From NCBI GenBank assembly GCA_965250005.1, contig OZ252279.1:390001-422000 (forward strand): DNA of 32,000 bases, given 5' to 3'. Made by a program: the position numbers and the translations under genes. The notes below the pieces were generated by a model. It had not been told where the DNA came from, ran no database searches, and saw only the letters and a program-made list of their open reading frames with translations. Of the stretch, positions 17,587-27,620 are shown one piece after another. Within the stretch, counting starts at the first letter, position 1, and the number at the start of each line of letters is the position of its first letter. This stretch comes from Demequinaceae bacterium. Lineage in GTDB: Bacteria > Actinomycetota > Actinomycetes > Actinomycetales > Demequinaceae.

Positions 17587-19011
17587 GTGAACAACCTAGA
17601 CGTACCTCCAGCGCTAGAGGTCGAGTCCTCGCGCAGAATCTTTGGCATCGAGACCGAGTTTGGCCTTCACTTTCGGCACGACGCCACCCGCAAGGTTCCG
17701 GCAGAGGAGGTAGCGGGGGCGTTGTTCCACTCCGTTGTTGAGTGGGGGCGCTCATCAAACGTGTTTCTACCCAATGGCTCGCGCATGTACATCGACGTGG
17801 GAGCTCACCCCGAGTACGCGACGGCCGAGTGTGACGACATAGAGCAGCTCATCGCGATGGACAAGGCGGGGGAGCGGATCGTTGGAGCCCTGGTGGCAGC
17901 CGGGGAGAAGCGGCTTGCAGACGCGGGGCTCAAGGGGCAAATCCACCTGTACAAGAACAACACCGACTCGTCTGGCAATTCGTACGGCTGCCACGAGAAT
18001 TACCTCGTTCGGCGGCGCGCGGATTTCACCGCGTTTGCGCAGTCACTCTTGCCGTTCCTCATTACTCGTCAGATTCTCACCGGATCTGGCGTGGTGAACG
18101 GTAGCGGACGGTCGGCCAAGTACTGCTTCTCGCCGCGCTCCGATCACATGTGGGAGGCGATGTCGTCGGCGACCACGCGTTCGCGCCCAATGATCAACAC
18201 CCGCGACGAGCCTCATGCGCACGCGGACAAGTACCGGCGGATGCACGTGATTGTTGGCGACTCGTCGATGGCGGAGCCAACGACGTTGCTCAAGATCGGG
18301 GCGATGGACCTTCTCATCAGGCTGGCCGAAGCGGGTATCCCGATGCCCAAGATGGAAGTTGCACGCGAGATGCAGTCAATACGAGAAGTTTCTCGCGACC
18401 TGTCCGGGTCCGTTCCAGTCGGGATGACCGACGGGCGCCAACTGACTGCTAGTCAGATACAGCGCATCTATTTGGATCATGTCCGCGGGCACGTGGGCGG
18501 AGCGATCGTGAGAACGCCGCTGGTCGAGAGGATCGTCAGCATCTGGGAACGGGGCATTGCCGCTGTCGAATCTGAGGACTTCAGCGGGATCGATACAGAA
18601 CTGGACTGGGCAATCAAGCACCGCTTGATCGAACGTTACCGGGCCCGAACTGGCGCTGGGCTGGATGACCCCCGGGTTGCGCGCCTTGACTACGCGTATC
18701 ACGACATTTCGCCTGGCCGCGGGCTCTACGCCTCGATGGCGGACCAGGGCCTGATCGCGACTGTCGTGACCAGCAAGGCGATCACAACTGCGATGACCGA
18801 GCCGCCACAAAGCACCCGGGCGCGCCTCCGCGGACGCTTTGTTGCCGAGGGGATCGCGGCTCGTCGCGACTTCACTGCCGACTGGACTCACCTCAAGGTA
18901 GTGGGTGACGCTGCCCGGTCGGTGATGTTGAAAGACCCGTTCCGCAACGAAGACGACAGGGTAGACGTTCTCATTGAACACATGCAGTCCTCCCCTGAAC
19001 GTCCTAGTTGA
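17587..19011 (+). CDS. pafA: Pup-protein ligase PafA; GTG start
   Basis: [110 protein letters not shown]. Confidence 0.97.
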   Translation: [474 protein letters not shown]

Positions 19012-19094
19012 GGGTGGACGCCGGCTGTCGGAGCCCCGGCTCGGCCCGAATGTTAGGCCTGCGCGGGGCACGTTTGGCGTGCCGTTGCGCGTGA

Positions 19095-19122
19095 TTGTCT
19101 CGTGTGGGACGCCGCATAGACT
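19095..19122 (+). promoter_or_regulatory. Candidate promoter for the FKBP gene (TTGTCT-N16-TAGACT)
   Basis: TTGTCT at 19095-19100 and TAGACT at 19117-19122, in the largest intergenic gap after pafA. An AAAGGGGAGC SD-like sequence precedes the ATG at 19153. Confidence 0.4.
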
Positions 19123-19152
19123 GAAGTTTGCATGGACACGAAAGGGGAGCAT

Positions 19153-20034
19153 ATGCGCCGCATGAGCGCCGTCGTGATGGGAGCAGTGCTCGCAGTCTCG
19201 GCGTGCACATCCGAGCCAGAGGATGCGGTTACCATCGGCTCCATCGACGACATCGTTGTGGGCGTCGATGAGGTCGGCGCGCCTACGCTTGAGTACGTTC
19301 CCGGGAACATGTACATCGCGGTTGAGACGCGCACGGAATGGGATGGCACCGGGGACTTCCTCAATGATGGTGACCCCGTATTGCTCAATCTGTACGCGAT
19401 CAGCCTGAAAACCGGCGCCGTCATATCGTCCACGTGGCATCCACAGACAGACGAGTCTGCTATGCCGTCGCCGTACCTGGTGGCCCCTGAGGTGCTCGGG
19501 CAGGAGCTATATGACGTACTCATCGGCAAGAGGGTCGGCATCCGTGTTGTCCACGTGTCCCCACCCGCCGACGACTTCCAGGCAGAGGGCGCGATTGCGT
19601 TCGTCGTCGATGTTCTTCCGTCTCGCGCAGTCGGGCTTGCTACCGAGGCGAGGGACGATCTCCCGATCGTGACAGCAGGTCCTCTTGGTGAGCCGACGAT
19701 CACGCTGCGCCCGCTTGACGCGCCGGCGGATCTGGTAATCGCAACTCTCATCCAGGGTGACGGCGAGCAGATTCGCGCCGGCTCCTATGTGATGGTCAAC
19801 TACGTTGGCGTCTACTACTACAACGGCAACATCTTCGACTCGTCTTGGCCCGTCGAGCGCGCGCCATTCGAGACGCGTATCGGCGTGAGCGCCGTCATTC
19901 AGGGCTGGGATATTGGGCTCATCGACCATGCGGCCGGTTCGCAGGTGCTGCTCATCATTCCCCCGGAGCTCGCTTATGGCGAGGACACACTCGTGTTTGT
20001 CATCGACATTCTCGCGGTGTGGAACGCGGAGTAG
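19153..20034 (+). CDS. FKBP-type peptidyl-prolyl isomerase, putative lipoprotein
   Basis: Lipobox-like signal [18 protein letters not shown]; C-terminal FKBP domain [65 protein letters not shown]. Confidence 0.88.
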   Translation: MRRMSAVVMGAVLAVSACTSEPEDAVTIGSIDDIVVGVDEVGAPTLEYVPGNMYIAVETRTEWDGTGDFLNDGDPVLLNLYAISLKTGAVISSTWHPQTDESAMPSPYLVAPEVLGQELYDVLIGKRVGIRVVHVSPPADDFQAEGAIAFVVDVLPSRAVGLATEARDDLPIVTAGPLGEPTITLRPLDAPADLVIATLIQGDGEQIRAGSYVMVNYVGVYYYNGNIFDSSWPVERAPFETRIGVSAVIQGWDIGLIDHAAGSQVLLIIPPELAYGEDTLVFVIDILAVWNAE

Positions 20035-20036
20035 AC

Positions 20037-20807
20037 GTGGGCGTAGCGGTGCGGGTGATTCCCTGCCTTGATGTGGATTGCGGACGCGTGGTCAAGGGCG
20101 TCAATTTTGAGAACCTGCGCGACGCTGGTGACCCTGTGGAACTCGCGCGAGCGTACGGAAGCGCCGGGGCGGACGAGCTGACATTTCTTGATGTGTCCGC
20201 GTCGTCCGAGGAGCGCGAGACTACGCGCGAGGTCGTGAGTCGAACAGCAGAGCAAGTGTTCGTCCCGCTCACCGTTGGTGGTGGTGTGCGGTCGGTCGAA
20301 GACGTCGACCGCCTGCTGCGTGCGGGGGCGGACAAAGTGGGCATCAATACCGCCGCAATCGACCGCCCCGAGCTGATTCGCGAAATATCAGAGCGGTTCG
20401 GGAGCCAGGTGCTGGTGCTCTCGGTCGACGCGCGTCGCGGCCAAGACGGAACCTCCACCAAGTCAGGTTACGAGGTAACCACGCACGGCGGGAGCAACGG
20501 CACGGGAATCGACGCTGTGGAGTGGGCACAACGGGGCGAGGAACTGGGTGCGGGTGAAATCCTACTCAATTCGATGGACGCCGACGGCACGACGAACGGG
20601 TTCGACCTCGAGATGATCCGCGCAGTACGCGCAGTCGTGTCGATCCCGCTTATCGCGTCCGGAGGTGCAGGCACCCCGGAACACTTCGTTGAGGCCGCAC
20701 ACGCGGGAGCAGATGCGGTTCTTGCCGCGAGCGTCTTCCACTTTGGCACGTTGGATATCGCAGCGGTGAAACAGCACATGCGTGAGGCGGGAATCGAGGT
20801 TCGCTAA
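20037..20807 (+). CDS. hisF: Imidazole glycerol phosphate synthase cyclase subunit HisF; GTG start
   Basis: [52 protein letters not shown]...[33 protein letters not shown]...[12 protein letters not shown]...IASGGAG. Confidence 0.97.
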   Translation: MGVAVRVIPCLDVDCGRVVKGVNFENLRDAGDPVELARAYGSAGADELTFLDVSASSEERETTREVVSRTAEQVFVPLTVGGGVRSVEDVDRLLRAGADKVGINTAAIDRPELIREISERFGSQVLVLSVDARRGQDGTSTKSGYEVTTHGGSNGTGIDAVEWAQRGEELGAGEILLNSMDADGTTNGFDLEMIRAVRAVVSIPLIASGGAGTPEHFVEAAHAGADAVLAASVFHFGTLDIAAVKQHMREAGIEVR

Positions 20808-22681
20808 TGCCCGCAGACGGTACCGAGAAGAGCGAGTACACGCTGCAGGGCACGTTCTTGAGGCGCTCGATGCAAATCCTCGCGCACGCGATGCGCACCT
20901 CGCCCAAGTTCTTCTTGCTCGCGATCGGTGCGGCGGCTCTGTTCAGTGTTTCGGTGGTGGTCTTTGGAACGCTTCTCGGTGAGATCGTTGACGACGTGGT
21001 CATTCCGTCGGTCGCGGGCGAGCCCATCGCAGGCCCGTGGGGTGACAGGACGCAGGATCCGCGCTCGGCCATTCTGATGGCCGGGGCAGTCTTCCTGGGG
21101 ATTGGCGTCTTGAATGCCGCGCTTGTCGCCGTTCGCCGCGTGGCTCAAGGCACTGGCGTCGCGGGCGTTTCGCGGCGCCACCGAACGGTGGTGGCGGACG
21201 CGCTGGCAGCGCTTCCGCTCGGCTGGCACCGATCCAACTCGAGCGGCCGCGTCATCTCCGCGATGTCATCGGACGCCGAACTTGCCGTGGACCCGTTGCA
21301 TCCTTTCGCGTTTACGGTCGGCAGCTTTGTCATGATGATCGCTGCCGGGATATCTCTCTTTTTGATTGATCCGCTCATGGCCGCGACGGGCATGGCGGTT
21401 GTGCCGGTGATACTCGGCATCAACATGATCTACGAGCGGGTGATTACGCCGTTCTACGACCGAGGCCAGCACCTGCGCGCCGAGGTGTCGACGATCGCTC
21501 ACGAAAGTTTTGATGGCGGTACGGTGATCAAGGCGCTGGGCGCCGAAGCGCGTGAGAGCGAGCGTTTCGACGCGGTCGTTGACGACCTCCGCGACGCTGA
21601 CGTGCTTGTCGGGAAGACGTCCGCGTGGTTCGAGCCGATGATGGACCTCGTTGTACCCCTGGGATCAGTTGCGCTCATGGTGGTGGGCACGCACCGCGCG
21701 GCCGCAGGCGTCATCACCCCCGGTGATGTCGTTGCGGCCATCTACCTGGTGACGCTGCTGGCCGTGCCTATTCGCGGCCTCGGGTGGGTCATGGGGCAGA
21801 TGCCGCAGGCGCACGTGAGCTTCCGGCGTATCGGCTCCATTGGGGAGGCCGCGACCGAGGTAGACGAACCCGGAACCCTCGACGTCGAAAATGCGGGCCC
21901 GGCCCACGTTGTTGTCACAGGCGCCGACATCGGCAAGGACGACGGCGACGGAGTAATCGAGGTGATCGTCCACGGCGTCGACCTCGAACTCGAACCCGGT
22001 TCCGTCACGGCACTCGTGGGCCCGACGGGATCCGGGAAAAGCACTATTGCACTGGCCACCACTCGGTTGGCCCGCGCCTCGAGCGGTGAGGTCACTCTCG
22101 ACCAAGTTAACGTGGACGACATCGCGGAACTGGGTGGTCACGTGACACTCGTGCCGCAAACGGCATTCCTCTTCGCGGATACCGTCCGCGAGAACGTGAC
22201 ACTTGGCGCCGACTTCACCGACGCCGAAGTCTGGTCGGCGCTCGAACTAGCCGCCGTGGGCGACGTGGTGCGCAGGATGCAGGACGCGAATGGAGAGGGC
22301 CTCGATGCCACGCTCAGTGAGCGCGGCATGAACCTCTCCGGTGGCCAGCGTCAGCGGCTCGCCATCGCACGAGCACTCGTGCGCAAGCCGCGCCTGCTAG
22401 TACTTGACGACGCCACGTCGGCCGTCGACCCGCGCGTCGAGCAGGACATCTTGCGCGGCCTGCGCAACGTCGAAAACGGGCCCACCATCCTTCTTATCGC
22501 ATACAGGCTCGCCTCAATCATGCTCGCAGACCAGGTGGTTCATTTGGATCGTGGGCGAGTGACGGGCGCTGGCACGCACGCGCAGTTGATCAGGAAGGAC
22601 AAGGGATACCACGCGCTCGTCACCGCATACGAGGAGGACTCCAGGCGCCGTGCGGAAGAGTCAGCGGGGTGGGTCGGATGA
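20807..22681 (+). CDS. ABC transporter ATP-binding/permease protein (exporter half-transporter 1)
   Basis: N-terminal transmembrane domain; Walker A GPTGSGKSTI; signature NLSGGQRQRLAIARAL; Walker B with Asp in place of the catalytic Glu (LLVLDDATSAVDP). Start overlaps the hisF stop (TAATG). Confidence 0.93.
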   Translation: MPADGTEKSEYTLQGTFLRRSMQILAHAMRTSPKFFLLAIGAAALFSVSVVVFGTLLGEIVDDVVIPSVAGEPIAGPWGDRTQDPRSAILMAGAVFLGIGVLNAALVAVRRVAQGTGVAGVSRRHRTVVADALAALPLGWHRSNSSGRVISAMSSDAELAVDPLHPFAFTVGSFVMMIAAGISLFLIDPLMAATGMAVVPVILGINMIYERVITPFYDRGQHLRAEVSTIAHESFDGGTVIKALGAEARESERFDAVVDDLRDADVLVGKTSAWFEPMMDLVVPLGSVALMVVGTHRAAAGVITPGDVVAAIYLVTLLAVPIRGLGWVMGQMPQAHVSFRRIGSIGEAATEVDEPGTLDVENAGPAHVVVTGADIGKDDGDGVIEVIVHGVDLELEPGSVTALVGPTGSGKSTIALATTRLARASSGEVTLDQVNVDDIAELGGHVTLVPQTAFLFADTVRENVTLGADFTDAEVWSALELAAVGDVVRRMQDANGEGLDATLSERGMNLSGGQRQRLAIARALVRKPRLLVLDDATSAVDPRVEQDILRGLRNVENGPTILLIAYRLASIMLADQVVHLDRGRVTGAGTHAQLIRKDKGYHALVTAYEEDSRRRAEESAGWVG

Positions 22682-24453
22682 CCGGGCAGGAGGACACCAT
22701 CGCGACTTTCCGGCGCGGCTTCGTGTTGAGCCCGGAGTTTTCCGTCGGGCTACGCGTGACGCTCACCCTTGCTGGATTTGCAGCGTTGGCGCGGGCCGCC
22801 GTTCCGTACATGACCCAGCGCATCACGGACGATGCGCTGCTGGCTCCCGGCGGCGTACAAGTCGATCTTGCCGTCCAGTTGGGCATCTTTGGGGTTGTCG
22901 TGCTGGCGATCGGCTCGTTGCTTGCGTGGCTCGTGCGCCGGCGATTGGTTACGGCCGCGGAGGCAGGGCTCGCCACGCTGCGCAAGAAGGCGTTTGCTCA
23001 CGTGCACCGCCTGTCGGTCCTGACTCAGAACGAGGAGCAACGGGGCAGGTACATTTCTCGGATTACGGGCGACGTCGATGCGCTTCGGGAATTCGTCCAA
23101 TGGACCGGAACCGGGATGGTCATTTCGGTACTCGAAATGTCCGTGGTGTTCTCGCTGATGATGATCTATTCTTGGGAACTCGCGCTGATCGTCATGTTCG
23201 CCTTCCTTCCGCTTGTGCTCGCTCTGAAGTGGCTCTACCCCAAGGTGCAGTCCTCGCTGCGGCTGGTCCGCGAGCAGATGGCGGACCTGCTGGCCCGCAC
23301 CTCGGAGCACATCATCGGCGTGGCGACCATTCAGTCCTACGGCGTTCAACGCCGGATGCGCTCCAGGCTCGGAGTGCAGATCGCCAGCATCTTCACCATG
23401 GAGAAGCGCGTGGCGCGGCTACACTCCACGACCTTCTCGAGTACGGTACTGGGGCAGTCGATCGCGACCGGTCTTGCGTTAGTTTTTGGGACCCGGTTTG
23501 CGCAGGACGGCGAGATTAGCGTGGGTACGGTGGTCGCGTTTGCGTTCTTGGTCTACATGTTTTCGGGCCCGCTCATGTGGGTGATCGAAACGCTCTCTGA
23601 GATGCAGCGCTCGGTTGTGGCCTGGTCGCGCGTGATCGAGTTGGTGGATGCTCCTGAGACCGTGCCGGACGCTGGAGCCCGCGGCACGCGCCTTCCCGAT
23701 GGCAGGCTCGGCGTCTCAGTCGAGGATGTTCGCATGACATACGCGGGTGGTCCCGAGGTTCTTAAGGGCATTTCGCTCGCCATCCCGCGCGGCCAACAGC
23801 TCGCAGTGGTGGGACAAACGGGCTCCGGGAAGACCACGCTCGCGCGACTCTTGGTCCGATTTATGGACCCAAGCGGCGGCGCCATCTCCATGGGCGGAGT
23901 TGATCTCAGGGAGGTCCCTATGAGCGACCTTCGGCGCCGCGTTACCGTAGTTCCGCAGGAAGGTTTCCTCTTTGCCGGCACTATCGCTTCAAACCTTGCG
24001 TACGGACTACCGGGGATTGCCGCCGGGGATGTGCCGGACCTCGGACGGGCCGCGTTCCAGGATTTGGGGCTTGTGGACTGGCTGGACGGGCATCCGGATG
24101 GGCTTCAGGCAGAGGTGGGGCAGCGCGGCGAAAGGCTGTCGGCAGGGGAGCGACAGCTTGTGGCCATCGCGAGGGCTTACCTACGTGACCCGGATGTGCT
24201 TCTACTTGACGAGGCCACGTCGGCTGTAGATCCGGTGACGGAGGTGCGCATCAGTCGCGCGCTGGAAACCCTCATGAAGGGCCGGACCTCCATCGTGATC
24301 GCGCACCGCCTCTCGACGGCGGAACGCGCCGATGCGATCGCGGTAATGGCCGACGGCGAACTCCGCGAAGTCGGTCACCACAAGGAACTACTTGCCGCGG
24401 ACGGCGAGTACACCAAAATGTACGCGGCCTGGGTTTCGCAAACCCGCGACTGA
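22678..24453 (+). CDS. ABC transporter ATP-binding/permease protein (exporter half-transporter 2)
   Basis: N-terminal transmembrane domain; Walker [16 protein letters not shown]; non-canonical signature [16 protein letters not shown]; canonical Walker [18 protein letters not shown] overlap with the preceding gene. Confidence 0.93.
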   Translation: MTGQEDTIATFRRGFVLSPEFSVGLRVTLTLAGFAALARAAVPYMTQRITDDALLAPGGVQVDLAVQLGIFGVVVLAIGSLLAWLVRRRLVTAAEAGLATLRKKAFAHVHRLSVLTQNEEQRGRYISRITGDVDALREFVQWTGTGMVISVLEMSVVFSLMMIYSWELALIVMFAFLPLVLALKWLYPKVQSSLRLVREQMADLLARTSEHIIGVATIQSYGVQRRMRSRLGVQIASIFTMEKRVARLHSTTFSSTVLGQSIATGLALVFGTRFAQDGEISVGTVVAFAFLVYMFSGPLMWVIETLSEMQRSVVAWSRVIELVDAPETVPDAGARGTRLPDGRLGVSVEDVRMTYAGGPEVLKGISLAIPRGQQLAVVGQTGSGKTTLARLLVRFMDPSGGAISMGGVDLREVPMSDLRRRVTVVPQEGFLFAGTIASNLAYGLPGIAAGDVPDLGRAAFQDLGLVDWLDGHPDGLQAEVGQRGERLSAGERQLVAIARAYLRDPDVLLLDEATSAVDPVTEVRISRALETLMKGRTSIVIAHRLSTAERADAIAVMADGELREVGHHKELLAADGEYTKMYAAWVSQTRD

Positions 24454-24472
24454 ATCGTGGAAGGATGGGCCC

Positions 24473-24862
24473 ATGCCACTGGACCCCAGCGTTGCGGAGC
24501 GCCTGAAGCGCGACTCGAACGGACTCGTTTGTGCCGTCGTGCAGCAATACGACACCGGCGAGGTCCTCATGGTGGGGTGGATGAACGACGACGCGCTCGG
24601 CAGGACGCTCAGCGAAGGGCGCGCGGTGTTTTGGAGCCGGAGCCGGCAGGAGCTTTGGCGTAAAGGAGACACTTCCGGGCACGCGCAGTGGATCAAATCC
24701 GTCTCCCTCGATTGCGATGGAGATTCCCTGCTCCTGCGCGTTGACCAAGTGGGCCCGGCTTGCCACACGGGCGAGCACTCGTGTTTCGATGCGGGAGGCG
24801 ACTTGGGCGCTGCAGTGGCGAACCAGGCGAATGACGGCCCGGGGGCGGGCAAGAGTGAGTAG
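24473..24862 (+). CDS. hisI: Phosphoribosyl-AMP cyclohydrolase HisI; start placed at [11 protein letters not shown]
   Basis: [83 protein letters not shown]. Confidence 0.95.
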   Translation: MPLDPSVAERLKRDSNGLVCAVVQQYDTGEVLMVGWMNDDALGRTLSEGRAVFWSRSRQELWRKGDTSGHAQWIKSVSLDCDGDSLLLRVDQVGPACHTGEHSCFDAGGDLGAAVANQANDGPGAGKSE

Positions 24863-26405
24863 CGCTCCCGCGAATGTAGCCTGGGGCGAAACGTGGCCGT
24901 CCCTTGGCGGTTTCGTGGACATGGGCGCGACGCGCCGCGTAGTCCCGGTCGTACGCAAGGTATTGGCCGACGGCGTTACGCCCGTTGCTGTCTACCGCGC
25001 CCTCGCGCAGGAACGGCCCGGCACGTTCATCCTTGAGTCCGCCGAGCCGGACGGCTCTCGCTCCAGGTTTTCCTTCGTAGGTGTGCACTCGCGCGCGACC
25101 CTCACGGCCACGGGCGACGATGCGCGCTGGTCGGGGGACGTGCCCGTTGGCCTCGTGAACGGCGCACCTCTCGACACCATTCGGCACGCGCTGGAGGAAA
25201 TGCGCTCGGAGGCCATCCCCGGCCTACCGCCGCTCACTGGCGGGTTGGTGGGGCTGCTCGGCTGGGACATCGTCCGCCAATGGGAGCCCACCCTGCCCCA
25301 GAACGCGCCCCGCGAGCTCGACGTCCCCGACATGCTGCTCATGCTTGCGACCGATCTCGCCGCAATTGATCACTACGACGGGAGCGTCTGGCTCATCGCG
25401 AACGCCATCAACGCTGACGCGAAAGCGTCGGGCCTCAACATCGCATACGCTGACGCGGTGGCGAGGCTCGATGCGATGCAGGCGGCACTCAATGGCGCCG
25501 CCACTGCAGACGTGTCTGTGACCGCGCCCGCGGGGGAAGAACCCGAAATCAAGCAGCGCTCAGAGCCTGGCGAGTACCAGCGGATCGTGGAGTTTTGCAA
25601 AGAGGCAATCCGGGACGGCGAGGTCTTTCAGGTGGTGCCATCGCAGCGCTTCGATGTGACGTGTGACGCGAGTCCGTTTGATGTGTACCGCGTGCTGCGC
25701 ACGCTCAACCCCAGCCCCTATATGTACTACTTCCAACTGCTGGACGCGGAAGGCAGGGAGTCTGCCGTTGTCGGCGCAAGTCCCGAGTCGCTCGTCGCCG
25801 TAAGGGACGGCGACGTGATGACGTTCCCGATCGCCGGATCTCGGCCACGCGGCGCGACGCCCGAGGAGGACGCGCAGCTCGAGCAGGACTTGGTCGCCGA
25901 CCCCAAGGAAATCGCCGAGCACATCATGCTCGTCGACCTGTCGCGAAACGACTTGGTGAAAGTCTGCGAGCCCACCTCGGTCGAAGTCTCTGACTTCATG
26001 GCGGTCAATCGATACAGCCACATTATGCACATCTGCTCAACGGTCACTGGCCAGCTTGAGCCCCAGCACGGGCTCGTAGACGTTTTCACTGCTACGTTTC
26101 CTGCCGGAACGCTCTCCGGCGCGCCAAAGCCACGCGCGATCGCGCTTATCGACGAGGTCGAACCGGCAAGGCGGGGTTACTACGGAGGCGCCGTCGGCTA
26201 CTTCGATTTCGCGGGGAATATGGATACGGCGATCGCCATACGCACCGCGCTGATCCAGAACGGGATCGCGCACGTTCAGGCAGGAGCGGGGATCGTTGCC
26301 GACTCGGTGCCCGACACAGAAGAGCAAGAAACCCGCGACAAAACTGCCGCGATGATTCGCGCCATTTCGCTTGCAAGCCGCCTCGAACGCGCCGAGTCTG
26401 GTTAG
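24855..26405 (+). CDS. trpE: Anthranilate synthase component I TrpE; probable GTG start overlapping the hisI 3' end
   Basis: GTFILESAE motif, [118 protein letters not shown]. Confidence 0.95.
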   Translation: MSSAPANVAWGETWPSLGGFVDMGATRRVVPVVRKVLADGVTPVAVYRALAQERPGTFILESAEPDGSRSRFSFVGVHSRATLTATGDDARWSGDVPVGLVNGAPLDTIRHALEEMRSEAIPGLPPLTGGLVGLLGWDIVRQWEPTLPQNAPRELDVPDMLLMLATDLAAIDHYDGSVWLIANAINADAKASGLNIAYADAVARLDAMQAALNGAATADVSVTAPAGEEPEIKQRSEPGEYQRIVEFCKEAIRDGEVFQVVPSQRFDVTCDASPFDVYRVLRTLNPSPYMYYFQLLDAEGRESAVVGASPESLVAVRDGDVMTFPIAGSRPRGATPEEDAQLEQDLVADPKEIAEHIMLVDLSRNDLVKVCEPTSVEVSDFMAVNRYSHIMHICSTVTGQLEPQHGLVDVFTATFPAGTLSGAPKPRAIALIDEVEPARRGYYGGAVGYFDFAGNMDTAIAIRTALIQNGIAHVQAGAGIVADSVPDTEEQETRDKTAAMIRAISLASRLERAESG

Positions 26406-26432
26406 ACTCCAATTATCGAACAGGGAGCATCA

Positions 26433-26669
26433 ATGTCCAGCGTAGAGATTTCCGAGTCCGACCTTCCCGACGTCGCTCCGGGGAACCACGGCCGCACGCG
26501 CTCCGCGTGGGTCGCCAACAGCGGAGTAGTCGCCGGCGCACTCTTTGCGGGCTGGGGTTTCACCGTGTGGGACATGGTGTGGGTCTGGATCGGTTCAGGT
26601 GTGGCGGTTACCGCGTTGATCGCGGCAGCCGTTCTCAAAGCCCTCGGACACGGGCAACCCAGTCGGTAG
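26433..26669 (+). CDS. Small membrane protein, variant of the trp-cluster HGxxPAAW family
   Basis: 78 aa with NHGRTRSAWVANSGVVAGALFAGWGF, two probable TM segments, located between trpE and trpC; GGGAG upstream of the ATG. Confidence 0.7.
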   Translation: MSSVEISESDLPDVAPGNHGRTRSAWVANSGVVAGALFAGWGFTVWDMVWVWIGSGVAVTALIAAAVLKALGHGQPSR

Positions 26670-26718
26670 TCGCGCCTGGCAGTGCGGCGACCGTTGATAT
26701 CAATCAAAGGAGATAGAT

Positions 26719-27066
26719 ATGACAACCCCACCACCCCCCGCAGCGGCGGGGCTCCCCAATAGCGGCAAGGCGCTCGCGTCAATGATCGTCGGTATCGTCT
26801 CGGTGCTGTCGTGCCTCTACTGGTTCATGGCACTGCCTGGCGGAATCGTCGCGATCATTCTTGGTATCCAGGGAAAGCGAGACGCAGCAGCGGGCACCCA
26901 TGGCGGCGGCGGAATGGCGCAGACCGGAATCATTCTCGGTGTGGTCGCCGCAGTTCTCGGACTGCTCGGCGCAGTTCTCGTATACCTGAGCCCCGGTTTC
27001 GCGGACTCATGGCTTGAGGGCATCTGCGAGTCGAACCCCGACATCCCGCAGTGCGCGGACGTTTAA
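26719..27066 (+). CDS. DUF4190-like small membrane protein
   Basis: Pro-rich N-terminus then SGKALASMIVGIVSVLSCLYWFMALPGGIVAIILGIQGKRDA...GMAQTGIILGVVAAVLGLLGAVL; SD-like AAAGGAGATAGAT before the ATG. Confidence 0.85.
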   Translation: MTTPPPPAAAGLPNSGKALASMIVGIVSVLSCLYWFMALPGGIVAIILGIQGKRDAAAGTHGGGGMAQTGIILGVVAAVLGLLGAVLVYLSPGFADSWLEGICESNPDIPQCADV

Positions 27067-27079
27067 TAGCGATTGATGC

Positions 27080-27109
27080 CCAGGGCCCCGCTTTCATAGC
27101 GGGCCCTGG
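27080..27109 (+). terminator. Strong GC hairpin, terminator-like, between the DUF4190 and DUF2752 genes
   Basis: CCAGGGCCC(C)GCT-TTCAT-AGCGGGCCCTGG, followed by GTTTG. U-tract is poor. Confidence 0.45.
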
Positions 27110-27113
27110 GTTT

Positions 27114-27548
27114 GTGCGCGCTCGAGCGAACTTCCTCGTCGCGTCGCGTCGCGCGTTTGACACCCTGCTTGGTCCGATCGTGAGCGCGTTCGTCGCGCTC
27201 AGCGGAACCGTATACATCTTCCTGAACAATCCTCACGTTCTTGGTGCGCTCGGCTGGTGCCCGCTCTACTACAACACGGGCATGTGGTGCCCCGGATGCG
27301 GCGGAACCCGTGCGGTTTATGACCTCGCACACGGCGATATTGCCGGTGCGATGGCAATGAACCCGGTATTCACCTTGGCGGTCCCCGTGCTTATCGTGTT
27401 GTGGTTCCGGTGGGTTCTGTACGCACGCGGCCGTCCCACTAAACCGTGGAACATCCCGGACTGGGCCTACGTCACCGTGGGGCTCGCGGCGTTGGGTTTC
27501 TTCGTTCTGCGCAACGTGCCCGCCTTCGCGCCGTACCTCGCTCCTTAG
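27114..27548 (+). CDS. DUF2752 domain membrane protein (start uncertain: GTG 27114 or 27051)
   Basis: GWCPLYYNTGMWCPGCGGTRAVYDLAHGDIAGAMAMNPVF is the DUF2752 CPxCGxTR-type signature. Confidence 0.85.
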   Translation: MRARANFLVASRRAFDTLLGPIVSAFVALSGTVYIFLNNPHVLGALGWCPLYYNTGMWCPGCGGTRAVYDLAHGDIAGAMAMNPVFTLAVPVLIVLWFRWVLYARGRPTKPWNIPDWAYVTVGLAALGFFVLRNVPAFAPYLAP

Positions 27549-27620
27549 GCAGTTCCGCGGACTGGGGGAATCTTTCGCACCGAGTGAGAGATACCATGTA
27601 CTCATGGGAGCGGAATCGGC

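Noticed and set aside
19012-19080. Imperfect inverted repeats (GCCGG...CCGGC, GAGCC-CC-GGCTC) after pafA as a possible terminator
   Set aside because: Short stems, an implausibly tight loop for one, and no U-tract. Not distinguishable from random GC-rich sequence.
18376-19440. 354-aa minus-strand ORF spanning the pafA 3' end and FKBP 5' end
   Set aside because: Overlaps two well-supported genes antisense, with low-quality composition. Treated as a GC artefact.
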